Positions 30,547 through 39,964 of a stretch of 64,000 nucleotides of DNA are shown piece after piece. Location: positions 1,056,001 to 1,120,000 of the forward strand of contig OZ244958.1 of NCBI GenBank assembly GCA_965222575.1. The letters are read 5' to 3'. Numbering within the stretch: position 1 is the stretch's first letter; each line of letters begins with the position of its first letter. The notes beneath the pieces were generated by a model. The model was given only the letters and a program-made list of their open reading frames with translations. It was not told the DNA's origin and did not search any database. The position numbers were made by a program, and so were the translations under genes. This stretch comes from Alphaproteobacteria bacterium (GTDB taxonomy: Bacteria; Pseudomonadota; Alphaproteobacteria; G965222575).

Positions 30547-31124
30547 TGAAGGGATTGATTATATCCTGTAGTTCGTTGAAGTTAGAGGAGTTATTAGGGT
30601 CTATTGGTGTTGTTCCAACGCAGGTAGTTGTAGAGGGGAGTGTTTTCCCGAAGAAGTTAGAAGCCCCGAAGGAGTTTGTAAGGCGCGTGGCGTTGGAAAG
30701 GGCGGAGCGTGCTTATAAAAGAGGATTTTATGTTTTAGGTGTTGAACGCACTATTGCTTGTGGGCGGAGAATTTTAGGCATACCTTCTTCTGAGGAGGCT
30801 GCACGGGAGATGTTAGTATTGTTATCAGGCAGGCGTCACAGGATTCTGACTTCTTTAGTGCTGATAGACCCTAAGGGGAGTAAGCGTTATCGCATGGAGT
30901 CTACGGTTGTAAAGGTGAAACGTTTATCAGAAGAGGAGCAACGGGGATATTTCAAAACGCAACAATGGAAGGATTCTTTAGGTGGGCTGAATATGGGGGG
31001 TCTTGGAGGGGGTGGTATTTTGTTAGTGAGAGGGTGTTATGGCAATTTACAAGGGTTGCCTTTAGCGGAGACTTTATCACTTTTAAGAGGAAGTGGTTAT
31101 GTTGTGGGAAGGCAGGATGAGTAG
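30546..31124 (+). CDS. maf: Maf-like protein with degenerate catalytic residues
   Basis: GRRILG.P, LSGRRH, NLQGLPL.ET; translationally coupled to infA. Confidence 0.82.
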   Translation: MKGLIISCSSLKLEELLGSIGVVPTQVVVEGSVFPKKLEAPKEFVRRVALERAERAYKRGFYVLGVERTIACGRRILGIPSSEEAAREMLVLLSGRRHRILTSLVLIDPKGSKRYRMESTVVKVKRLSEEEQRGYFKTQQWKDSLGGLNMGGLGGGGILLVRGCYGNLQGLPLAETLSLLRGSGYVVGRQDE

Positions 31125-31947
31125 GCAACAGTCTTTTTATAAGATGCAAAATGGAGGGAATGACTTTGTAATTTTGCAGTTGTCTAAGGGAAAGGTACCG
31201 AGCAAAGAAACCCTGCAATGGATATGCCATAGGAAAAGAGGGATTGGGGCGGATACGGTGATTGTTCTTTCGGGGATGACTAGCCGGCAGCGGGGGGGAG
31301 GGTCTTGGGGTTTGCGTTTTTTCAATGCTGATGGAGGAGAGGCGGAGGCGTGTGGTAATGGTCTTTGTTGTGTTGGGTTGCGGCGATTTTTAGAGACACA
31401 GGAGAGAGAGGGAAGTTTTCATACCCAAGTAGGGGAAAGGGTTTATCGTGTGAAGGAGGGAGGGAGCGTTGAGGTTTTCATGGGGAGAGCTACAGGCAAA
31501 GAGTCTGCGTTAGAGGATATCATTGGCAAGCAATTGGTTGAGTATCAGTCTATTTATGAAATTTTCATGGGGAATCCTCATATTGTGGTGCTTCTGAAGC
31601 GATTTTTTCCTCAGGAGGAAGTGATGGAGGAGATTTTTCAATTGTTACAAGAGAGGGTATCGGGTGGGGTGAATGTGGGGTTTTGTTTGGTGAGAAAAGA
31701 AGGTCTTTTGGGTCGTGTGTGGGAAAGGGGGGTTGGGTGTGTGGAGTCTTGTGGTACGGGGGCTTGTGCTATGGTTGCTGCTTATGGGCGTGAAGAGAGC
31801 GAGGGTGGGGTGAAAGGAAGATATTTGCCGGTTATCTTTCAGAATGAACAACTACAGGTACGCCTAACGAAAGAGGAAGAGTTTTGGCTTTTGGGGACTC
31901 CAAAAGATGTCTTTTGCGGTTCTGTGGATTATCATAGAATCTGGTGA
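31117..31947 (+). CDS. dapF: Diaminopimelate epimerase
   Basis: GNDF, GIGAD, NADG.EAEACGNG, MGNPH, ERGVG...SCGTGACA. Confidence 0.93.
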   Translation: MSRQQSFYKMQNGGNDFVILQLSKGKVPSKETLQWICHRKRGIGADTVIVLSGMTSRQRGGGSWGLRFFNADGGEAEACGNGLCCVGLRRFLETQEREGSFHTQVGERVYRVKEGGSVEVFMGRATGKESALEDIIGKQLVEYQSIYEIFMGNPHIVVLLKRFFPQEEVMEEIFQLLQERVSGGVNVGFCLVRKEGLLGRVWERGVGCVESCGTGACAMVAAYGREESEGGVKGRYLPVIFQNEQLQVRLTKEEEFWLLGTPKDVFCGSVDYHRIW

Positions 31948-31966
31948 TTGTTATTTCAGGTGTGTG

Positions 31967-33214
31967 ATGTGTCCATCTTCGAATAATTGTTCTGTTAGAG
32001 CTGTGACCTTAGGGTGTCGGCTGAATTTTTCTGAATCCCAGCGCATGGTACAAGGGGCTAGGAAGTGCGGGGAGAAAGACCTAGTGATTGTGAACACTTG
32101 TGCTGTGACGTCTGAAGCTGAGAGGAAAAGTCGCCAAGCGCTACGTAAAGCGAAAAAAGCATTCCCTCATGCTAAAATTGTTGCAACGGGGTGTGCTGCG
32201 ACTTTGAAGCCTGATGTATTTTGGGCTATGAAAGAGGTTGACCAAGTGATTCTGAACAAGGATAAAATGATGGCTTTTCACCCTTCTTCGGAGGATGTTG
32301 AGCTGCGGAACTCCTTTGTTCCTCTGTTTGAGAATCGGGCTAGAGCGTTTTTGCAAATTCAACAAGGCTGTAATCACCGCTGTACTTTCTGTATTATCCC
32401 CTATGCTAGAGGGCAAACTGTTTCTCTAACCAAAGAGCAGATTGTACTGCAAGCAGAGGAGCTTTTACGCAATGACTCCTGTAAGGAGCTTGTTTTGACA
32501 GGAGTAGATATTGCTTCTTATGGTAAGGACTTGAAAGACCCTATGACTCTTGGACAGCTGTGCTGTTTTCTCCTTGAGTCTTTTCCTTCTTTACACTTGC
32601 GTCTCTCCTCTTTAGACCCTGCCTGTGTAGATGAAAATATTTGGCATCTTTTAGAGAGTCATGAGCGGTTTGCACCTTATTTACATCTTTCTATGCAGTC
32701 TGGCACTGATTTGATACTCAAGCGTATGAAGCGGCGTCACTTGACGGCAGACCTTATTGCTCTAAGCCAACGGGCACAAGCCATTGACAGGCCCCTAACA
32801 ATTGGTGCCGATATTATTGCCGGCTTTCCAACTGAAACCTCTTCGCACCATAAAGAAACTATGGCCCTTATTCGTAAGATGAAGATGACCTTTCTCCATG
32901 TTTTTCCCTATTCTATCAGAGTTGGAACGCCAGCCGCACGCATGCCCCAAGTAGCAGGAGAAGCCATCAAAGAGCGTGCGTTCGAGTTGCGTAATCTTGC
33001 GAAACGGCAGCTAAACCGCACTTTTGTCAAGTCTGTAGGACAAACACAAAAAACCCTTATAGAACAAGTACAGGAAAATGTTTGTAAAGGAAAATGGCTT
33101 AATTTCCTGCCTATTGTATTTTCCATGCCTAGAGGTAACTCTTTGCAATGCGGACAATTTGTTCCTGTGACAGCCAAAGATTATACCTCTTCTCACCTTT
33201 TGGGGTGTTTATAG
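31967..33214 (+). CDS. mtaB: tRNA t6A methylthiotransferase (radical SAM)
   Basis: TLGCRLN, NTCAVT, CNHRCTFC, ILKRMKRRH; follows dapF. Confidence 0.92.
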   Translation: MCPSSNNCSVRAVTLGCRLNFSESQRMVQGARKCGEKDLVIVNTCAVTSEAERKSRQALRKAKKAFPHAKIVATGCAATLKPDVFWAMKEVDQVILNKDKMMAFHPSSEDVELRNSFVPLFENRARAFLQIQQGCNHRCTFCIIPYARGQTVSLTKEQIVLQAEELLRNDSCKELVLTGVDIASYGKDLKDPMTLGQLCCFLLESFPSLHLRLSSLDPACVDENIWHLLESHERFAPYLHLSMQSGTDLILKRMKRRHLTADLIALSQRAQAIDRPLTIGADIIAGFPTETSSHHKETMALIRKMKMTFLHVFPYSIRVGTPAARMPQVAGEAIKERAFELRNLAKRQLNRTFVKSVGQTQKTLIEQVQENVCKGKWLNFLPIVFSMPRGNSLQCGQFVPVTAKDYTSSHLLGCL

Positions 33215-33343
33215 AGAGGATTGGTGCCTTCCCTTCATCTGTTGTAACGCTGAGATTTCTCCGTAGAGGTTGCACCTAGCACTTGCCCCAACGTATGAGA
33301 ACTTGCTTATAGCTTTGGGAAGAGCTGGGGGATTTGTACTATT

Positions 33344-34666
33344 TCATAAAACTTTGGCTTTTCCTTGTCCATCTTGAAAATCCAAAGAGATGAGGTCTTC
33401 TGTGTTTAGGGCTTTTAACTGGGTGACAATTTGGCCATTTTTTTTGACCACGACAAAGCCTCGTTCAATGGTACGTTGATAGTTGAGTGTTTCCAACAGT
33501 TGGTGTAGCCGTTTGAGGGTTTGGTGATAGGTTTTGAAGATATTTTGAAGGGGTAGGGCAAGAGATTGAGAAAGATGTATGAAAGTGTTTTTTTGTTGTT
33601 TGAGTTTATTTTTGGGGTGGAGTTCTATGAGGGAGAGGTGTTGTTGATAGAGTTCCCCCTTAAGGGTGTTGAGGTGTATTCTGGTAATTTCTTTAATGGT
33701 TTCCAGGGTTTTTTGTATTTTGTGGTAGAGCTTTTGAAGGTGTTCTAGTGGTGAAAGGATGCCTTGTTTTAAGGAGGCTAGGTATCGGTGTTGGGTTTGT
33801 ATGGAAGAGAAGATGCCTTGATAGGCTCTTTCTGAGAGTCTTTGGAGAGTGGTTTTGAGGGTTGGAATTTGAGGCGAGAGGTATTCTACAGCTGCGGTTG
33901 GGGTGTGTGCTGCTTGGGTTGCGGCATAGTCTGAGAGAGAGGTGTCTGTTTGGTGCCCTACGGCGGAAATCACAGGAATATGACTGCTTGCAATGGCGCG
34001 CACGACGGCTTCTGCGGAAAACGGCAGGAGGTCTTCCAGACTGCCCCCCCCTCTAGCGACAATGAGGACATGAGGTTTTGGCATAGGGAAGGGAGGGGTA
34101 TTGAAGCCTTTGATAGCGGTTACAAGGGATTCCACTGCTTCTTCTCCCTGTACGAGAGTTGGCCATAAAAAGATTTCCTGCACAAATCGGTTTTGAAAGC
34201 TTTTCAACATATCTTGTAGAACAGCTCCTTGAGGAGAGGTTATGAGGCCTATACGAGTAGGGAAGGGGGGAAGAGGAGGTTTTGTAGAGGGGTCAAATAA
34301 TCCTTCACTAGCAAGGGCTTTTTTTCTTGCTTCAAGGGCTTGTAAAAGAGCGCCAATGCCCGAGGGCTTAATAGAGGTGATGACCAGTTGATACATCCCT
34401 TTCCTGTTATAAGTTGTGACTGTGCCTTGGCATAAGACACTCATGCCTTCTTGGATATCTTTGATAGAACAGCTACCACGCCAAATGACTGCTGGTAAAA
34501 CAGTGTCTTTTTCTTTAAGGGTTATGTAGGTATGCCTAGCAGCGCTTGTGTGTATGCTGGAGATTTCTCCTTCTACAGCAACAGAGTCGAAGCGGCTTTT
34601 CAAGAGGAGTTGAATCTGTTCGGATAACTCACAGACTGATAAGTGTCCTTTATTGGAAGACATCAT
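33344..34666 (-). CDS. xseA: Exodeoxyribonuclease VII large subunit
   Basis: VEGEIS, ARGGGSLEDL, ISAVGHQTD and TPTAA motifs. Confidence 0.95.
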   Translation of the reverse strand: MMSSNKGHLSVCELSEQIQLLLKSRFDSVAVEGEISSIHTSAARHTYITLKEKDTVLPAVIWRGSCSIKDIQEGMSVLCQGTVTTYNRKGMYQLVITSIKPSGIGALLQALEARKKALASEGLFDPSTKPPLPPFPTRIGLITSPQGAVLQDMLKSFQNRFVQEIFLWPTLVQGEEAVESLVTAIKGFNTPPFPMPKPHVLIVARGGGSLEDLLPFSAEAVVRAIASSHIPVISAVGHQTDTSLSDYAATQAAHTPTAAVEYLSPQIPTLKTTLQRLSERAYQGIFSSIQTQHRYLASLKQGILSPLEHLQKLYHKIQKTLETIKEITRIHLNTLKGELYQQHLSLIELHPKNKLKQQKNTFIHLSQSLALPLQNIFKTYHQTLKRLHQLLETLNYQRTIERGFVVVKKNGQIVTQLKALNTEDLISLDFQDGQGKAKVL

Positions 34667-34690
34667 GGGTGAGGTGATGAAGAAAGACTT

Positions 34691-35152
34691 TTAGCGTTTT
34701 GAAAACTGAAAACTTCTTCTTGCTTTTCGCAAGCCATATTTTTTTCTTTCCACTCTCCGTGAATCTCTAGTGAGGAGTTTATTAGCTTTAAGGGGAGCTC
34801 TGTGGTCTGGATTGTAAAGGGCAAGAGCCTTAGCAATGCCATGTCGAATAGCAGAAGCTTGTCCGGAGAGACCCCCTCCTTTTACTGTACAGAACACATC
34901 GAAAGGTTTGCTAGGATTGATGATTTCAAAAGGGTGCTGTAAGCAGACTTGTGAGGAAAAGCGTAAGAAATACTCAGTACTTTTTTTCCCATTGACTGTG
35001 ATGGTGCCGTTGCCTTGTTTAATCCAGACTCGAGCGATGGATTCTTTTCTTTTTCCTGTAGCGTAGGCACGTCCTAATTTATCGATTTTAGGCTCTAGCC
35101 GTGGAGTCGGAAGCTGTGGAGTCGGAGATTTTTCGTTAGAAGGAGTAGACAT
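34691..35152 (-). CDS. rpsI: 30S ribosomal protein S9
   Basis: [31 protein letters not shown]. Confidence 0.98.
   Translation of the reverse strand: MSTPSNEKSPTPQLPTPRLEPKIDKLGRAYATGKRKESIARVWIKQGNGTITVNGKKSTEYFLRFSSQVCLQHPFEIINPSKPFDVFCTVKGGGLSGQASAIRHGIAKALALYNPDHRAPLKANKLLTRDSRRVERKKYGLRKARRSFQFSKR
35097..35126 (-). repeat. 2 x 15-bp in-frame duplication in the S9 N-terminal tail
   Basis: agccgtggagtcgga / agctgtggagtcgga on the + strand ([10 protein letters not shown]). Confidence 0.75.
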
Positions 35153-35158
35153 AATGGG

Positions 35159-35635
35159 TTATGATGTAAGAGTATTTTTGGGATTTTGAGAGGCGAAATC
35201 TATTGTGGTAGGGTTTTGTGCTTGATGAGGATGGGTATCTTCTGAATAGACGAATAGGTGTTTTAGTTGCTTTCTAGCGAGAGAACTAGTTTTAGGGAGC
35301 ATTCTTTTTACGGCTAAGATGATAAGTTGAGGTGCTTTTCCTTTTTCCAAGATTTTTTTAGGGGTTTGACTTTTGATACCTCCCGGGTAACCTGTGTGCC
35401 AGTAGTAGGTTTTTTGAGACATTTTTTGCCCACTTAAGGCAACTTTGGAAGCATTTGTAATAATGACATAGTCTCCATCGTCTCTATGAGAGGTATAGCT
35501 TGGTTTATGTTTGCCGCGCAAGAGGGTTGCGATTTTTGTTGCTAAGCGACCGAGAATCAGGCCTTTGGCGTCTATATGAAGCCATTGTTTATGGAGGCGC
35601 AGGTTTGTGGTGGTTTTGGTAGAGCGCAGTAGCAT
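35159..35635 (-). CDS. rplM: 50S ribosomal protein L13
   Basis: LGRLA, LRGKHKP, HTGYPGG, AVKRMLP, HPHQAQ. Confidence 0.98.
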   Translation of the reverse strand: MLLRSTKTTTNLRLHKQWLHIDAKGLILGRLATKIATLLRGKHKPSYTSHRDDGDYVIITNASKVALSGQKMSQKTYYWHTGYPGGIKSQTPKKILEKGKAPQLIILAVKRMLPKTSSLARKQLKHLFVYSEDTHPHQAQNPTTIDFASQNPKNTLTS

Positions 35636-35720
35636 AGAATCTTTTGAAGAATTTGTTTAGAAAAAGAAGGGTACTATATTTTTGCGAGGTAATCAAGGGA
35701 GAGAAAGGGGTGGGATTTTG

Positions 35721-36596
35721 TTAGAGAATCTTCATTTTTTTCAGTAGAGATTGTATAAGTTTTTTCTTGTGTTGTGAGAGTTCTATGAGAGGCTGTCGCA
35801 CCTGTGGAGAGGATTTTCCCATGAGGGAAAGGGCATATTTCGTTGGAGAGGGATTGCTGTCTAAAAAGAGAGCTTCAAAGAGAGGGAACAAGGTTTCGTG
35901 GTATTGGAGAGCGGTTTTGAAGTCTTGGTTCAAAGCAGCTTGTACAAGGGCTTTACAAAGTTTTGGTGTGACATTGGCGCAAACAGATATGACGCCTTGT
36001 GCACCACAGGCGAACGCGGGGAGAGCGGAGTGATCATCTCCCCAGAGGATAATGAAAGGGTGATGACATTGTTTGCGTTGTTTTGTGGGGCGGGTGAGGT
36101 CTGAGGTTGAGTCTTTCACGCCGTAAATGCGTGGGAGTTCAGAAAGGCGCGCCATGGTATCAACTGTGATATCAACATGTGTTCGCGCGGGAATGTTGTA
36201 GAGATATAAGGGAATAGAAGTAGCATCATGGACAGTTTTGAAGTGCTGGTAGAGTCCTTCTTGGGAGGGTTTATTATAATAGGGGGTCACGAGCAGAGCG
36301 GCATCGGCGTGCAGTTCTTGTGCGAGATGTGTGCGTTTAATAGTACTGCTGGTATCATTAGTGCCAGTACCAACCATAATAGGCACCCGTTGAGAGGATA
36401 CTTGGAGGGCTTCGGTGATAATTTCCTGTGTTTCACTTGGTTTTATGGTAGGAGACTCTCCTGTGGTACCAAGCACTAAAATGCCATCAACTCCTTCAGC
36501 AATTTGCCAATCTACAAGTTGTCTGAAGCACTTTTTGTCAATCTTGCCCTCTTTGAAAGGAGTGATAAGGGCAGAAATCAGGCCTTGGAAAGTCAT
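35721..36596 (-). CDS. dapA: 4-hydroxy-tetrahydrodipicolinate synthase
   Basis: ALITPF, GTTGESPT, TPYYNKPSQEGLYQHF, YNIP.RT, GVKDS. Confidence 0.97.
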   Translation of the reverse strand: MTFQGLISALITPFKEGKIDKKCFRQLVDWQIAEGVDGILVLGTTGESPTIKPSETQEIITEALQVSSQRVPIMVGTGTNDTSSTIKRTHLAQELHADAALLVTPYYNKPSQEGLYQHFKTVHDATSIPLYLYNIPARTHVDITVDTMARLSELPRIYGVKDSTSDLTRPTKQRKQCHHPFIILWGDDHSALPAFACGAQGVISVCANVTPKLCKALVQAALNQDFKTALQYHETLFPLFEALFLDSNPSPTKYALSLMGKSSPQVRQPLIELSQHKKKLIQSLLKKMKIL

Positions 36597-36667
36597 TGAG
36601 CAGTTTTCGTGTACGGCTTTACTTCTTATTCTATCATAAGTACTCTGTAACAGTAAGGAGTTATTAA

Positions 36668-38794
36668 TTGCCTGCTATGAGTCAACATCTCCCAAATTTT
36701 TGCCGCTTGTCTATAAAGAGAGGCTCTGTGTTACGCGTTTTATCAGGAGGAGGCCTTTTCTTTATTGCCCTCTTTTGTCATGCTTTCGCTTCCACAAATG
36801 CGCCTGTTTCCCTCCCTGTTTTTCGCCCTTCTTCTGATAACATACCGCTTCCTCTGTTGCGCCCCTCTCTTCCTGTTCCAGTTTTTCTTGAGGAGAAAAG
36901 GCCTTTTGCAAAGTCTCTGTTAAAGGATTTTCAAGGCAAGTCTGTATGGCGTGTGATGAGGTCTTTACACCAGAGTCATTTTTCCAGAGCTTGGAGGCTA
37001 GCACATCACGAAGACTTGAAAAACACCATTTTATGGCTCTGGGCTACAGAAGAAAAAGCCTCTGTTTCCTTTCCTCTTTTAAGCGCTCTCATGAAGGATA
37101 AGCCCTCTATTGCTGGTTATAAGTCTCTTAAGGAAAGTCTAGAGAGAGGGAGTATGCAGTCCCTTTCTGCTGAAGAAATAAAAGCTTGGTTTGACCTCTA
37201 TCCTCCTGTCACGGGCAAGGGGCTGCATTTATATAGCAAAGCGCTTTTAGAACTTGGAGAAGAAGAGCTTGCGCGCATCCTTATCCAACGTCTCTCTTGG
37301 GAAGGGATGTTGAACGACCCTGATTTTTCTTATCTTCTAACGCCTTCAGACTATAGTCATTGGGCACGTGGTATAGCAGCTAGAGAAGGGAGGAGTGCTA
37401 CCTTACATTTTATGTCCTTGCAGGAAAATATAGATTTTACCTATGATAAAGTGGATATCTTAGGACATCAGGCCTTTGTGTTATTAAGCCGTAATCGCAA
37501 GACACAAGCCCTAGAGATTTTTCAAACGCCTTTCCCTCGACCTGTACATAACTCTGCTCATTGGTGGTCACTGCAACGTTCTTTAGTGGCGTACTTCTTG
37601 CGAAAAAAAGAGTTTCATCACGCCTATTCCGTCGTTGCTTCCAGCAACCATTTAGAAGGAAAATTTTATAGTGATATCTCTTTCTTAGCCGGATGGTTAC
37701 AGATGAGGATGCAAAATCCCCAAACAGCCTTTTGGCATTTTCAAAAGCTTCAACACCACAGCTATTCCTTGGAACAAAAAGCCAAAAGCGCTTATTGGCT
37801 TGCACGTGCCTTAGACGCCATACCGCCCCCTAACGAAGAGGATGCCAATGTGTTAGAAACAATGCTACCTACTAACGAAGAGGATTCCAATGTATCAGAA
37901 ACGATACTACCTACTAACGAAGAGGATTCCAATGTATCAGAAACGATACTACCCCCTAAGAACAAGGAGGAAGCAAGATATTGGTATGAATACGCTGTGA
38001 CATTCTTGCAAACTTATTATGGACAAAAAGCCTATCAGATGATTGAAGACACCACAGTTGCCTCTTTAACCTATCAATTGCCTACAGTATCTCCCTCACC
38101 TAATCCCCAGGGATATAGTGAAAAACTCTTAAAAACGCTAGATTTTTTAGGAGAAAACTATGGACTGTATCGCTTAGCCATGGACATGGCTCAAGATATT
38201 GAAACGCAACAACAAGCAACAAATTTTTTGCATACCCTAACTTCCATGGGCGATAAAACACTTGTGGTTAAAGTATCAGAAATTTTAGAAGAAAAAGGGT
38301 ATCACACTTTTCCTTTAGGCTATCCGCTTATCTCTTTGCCCTTATCTGAGACGTTATCGTTGAAAGACAAAGCCCTGATTCATGCTATTGTGCGGCAGGA
38401 AAGTCGTTTTCAGAGGAATGCTATTAGCTCTGCCGGTGCGGTGGGAGTGATGCAACTACTTCCTAAAACGGCGCAATATGTAGCGAAAAACCATAACATG
38501 CCCTATCAATATCATAGGTTACAAACAGATGTGGCGTATAATATTACTTTAGGCTTTCTGTATCTGAAAGACTTGATTGAGTATTTTCAAGGACATGCTT
38601 CCTTAGCTCTTTGTGCTTATAATGCAGGAATATTACACGTTCAAAAATGGATAGAACATTACGGAGACCCAAGAAAAGGAGAGATTTCATGGATTGAGTG
38701 GCTAGAATCTATCCCCTTTTTGGAAACCCGTCTGTATGTTCAAAGAGTTTTGGCTAGTGAGTATATCTATCGGCGTCTTTTGGAAAATCCTTGA
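36668..38794 (+). CDS. Soluble lytic murein transglycosylase (Slt-like)
   Basis: AIVRQESRF, GAVGVMQL, AYNAG and IPF.ETR.YV motifs; divergent from dapA; RBS AAGGAG. Confidence 0.92.
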   Translation: MPAMSQHLPNFCRLSIKRGSVLRVLSGGGLFFIALFCHAFASTNAPVSLPVFRPSSDNIPLPLLRPSLPVPVFLEEKRPFAKSLLKDFQGKSVWRVMRSLHQSHFSRAWRLAHHEDLKNTILWLWATEEKASVSFPLLSALMKDKPSIAGYKSLKESLERGSMQSLSAEEIKAWFDLYPPVTGKGLHLYSKALLELGEEELARILIQRLSWEGMLNDPDFSYLLTPSDYSHWARGIAAREGRSATLHFMSLQENIDFTYDKVDILGHQAFVLLSRNRKTQALEIFQTPFPRPVHNSAHWWSLQRSLVAYFLRKKEFHHAYSVVASSNHLEGKFYSDISFLAGWLQMRMQNPQTAFWHFQKLQHHSYSLEQKAKSAYWLARALDAIPPPNEEDANVLETMLPTNEEDSNVSETILPTNEEDSNVSETILPPKNKEEARYWYEYAVTFLQTYYGQKAYQMIEDTTVASLTYQLPTVSPSPNPQGYSEKLLKTLDFLGENYGLYRLAMDMAQDIETQQQATNFLHTLTSMGDKTLVVKVSEILEEKGYHTFPLGYPLISLPLSETLSLKDKALIHAIVRQESRFQRNAISSAGAVGVMQLLPKTAQYVAKNHNMPYQYHRLQTDVAYNITLGFLYLKDLIEYFQGHASLALCAYNAGILHVQKWIEHYGDPRKGEISWIEWLESIPFLETRLYVQRVLASEYIYRRLLENP
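37826..37959 (+). repeat. 3 x 42-bp in-frame tandem repeat (PTNEEDSNVSETIL)
   Basis: Units at 37826, 37868 and 37910; the last two are identical. Confidence 0.95.
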
Positions 38795-38929
38795 GGCCTT
38801 TGTGAAAAGACGGATGAAAATGTCCAAAAGAGACGCAATTGATGTCCAAAATTGGAGCAGGCTGGCCTTTGCCCGATTAGATTGAAGCCTTTTGCAAATA
38901 GAGGACTTGGGGGGGGTTCCTCGCTTAAT

Positions 38930-39829
38930 TTAGGATGAATCCTCCAACAAATTTAACTGCTGCTTTCCAGCTCTTTGCTCAAGAACTTTCTTGACTGTGT
39001 AGGTGGTTTTAAACTTCCCATCTACCCCTGTAAATTGGCGCATATGAACATTACAGATCAACATATCTTCCTTTCTGAATGATATTTCCTTAGATTGCAC
39101 TCTAGCGATAAAATCCTGATCCTCAAAAGAGACATATAAATCCTTCGAACCATCACTCACGCGCCACTTATTTCCTTCTTCAAAATCCGGAGCAAGAATT
39201 GTATATACGCACTTAATTTCTTCATTCAGAATGTCTTCCTCCGCCACCTCAGGTACCGCAAAGAACTCCCTCTCCTCTCTTCTAATTGCACATGTTGTTT
39301 TCTTATCTCGCGAAAAAGTAATTTCTGTTACCCCTTCCTTTCTTAAAGGAGCAGTTAAATCCTTCAACCTCTCACGAATAACTCGGCTTCCCAGTAATAC
39401 CAGCCTCTCCTTAGAAGTTTCTAGCCTGTCCCCATCCTCAGTTACAATAGTGATTTTATCTCCATCCCTTTCTGTTTTTTTGATTTTCCTGTTTTTTAGC
39501 CACAGGATAAGGCCTATCACTCCTCCTCCTATCCCCAAAATCTCTTTCCCAAGAATAAGTTCTATGAGATTCACTATATCAGAACTACTTACATTTGAGA
39601 AAATCCCAGAGATACCCGTCTGAACAAGCCCAATATCAACACAAAAGGACCCCCCCTGCATAGCACGCACATTAACATTAAGACGGACATTAGACTCATT
39701 TAAGAGCATGTTAGCCTCACGAAAAATCTCTCCCAAAGACAGAAGCGCAGGCGCAAGATCGCGCACATCCATCTCTTGGTTTTCCAGAGCCTTGCCTCTG
39801 AAAGTTATAAGAAATCCATCACTTTTCAT
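38930..39829 (-). CDS. Hypothetical protein, probably horizontally acquired
   Basis: 299-aa ORF with a G/A-rich coding strand unlike neighbouring minus-strand genes; no housekeeping motif. Confidence 0.85.
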   Translation of the reverse strand: MKSDGFLITFRGKALENQEMDVRDLAPALLSLGEIFREANMLLNESNVRLNVNVRAMQGGSFCVDIGLVQTGISGIFSNVSSSDIVNLIELILGKEILGIGGGVIGLILWLKNRKIKKTERDGDKITIVTEDGDRLETSKERLVLLGSRVIRERLKDLTAPLRKEGVTEITFSRDKKTTCAIRREEREFFAVPEVAEEDILNEEIKCVYTILAPDFEEGNKWRVSDGSKDLYVSFEDQDFIARVQSKEISFRKEDMLICNVHMRQFTGVDGKFKTTYTVKKVLEQRAGKQQLNLLEDSS

Positions 39830-39964
39830 GTTTTAGATACTATCACAAATCTCCTGTAAAAAACAGTAGAAGAAATAATTGTGGTAAAAAATTAGAGTCA
39901 CTTGACAACGAGTGAAAAAGCTTGCTGAATGATAGTGTAGAGAAGGGGGTTTGTCCTTTTTGGC

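Noticed and set aside
33215-33300. TPP-riboswitch-like words (GGTGC...GCTGAGA...ACCT...CGTA)
   Set aside because: Lacks the ACCTGAT and TAAT core, and lies between convergent genes with nothing downstream to regulate
579-33346. Genome-wide TGA reassignment
   Set aside because: rpsD, dapD, cobS and leuS end in TGA at their expected C-termini, and the broken genes are frameshifts rather than in-frame stops
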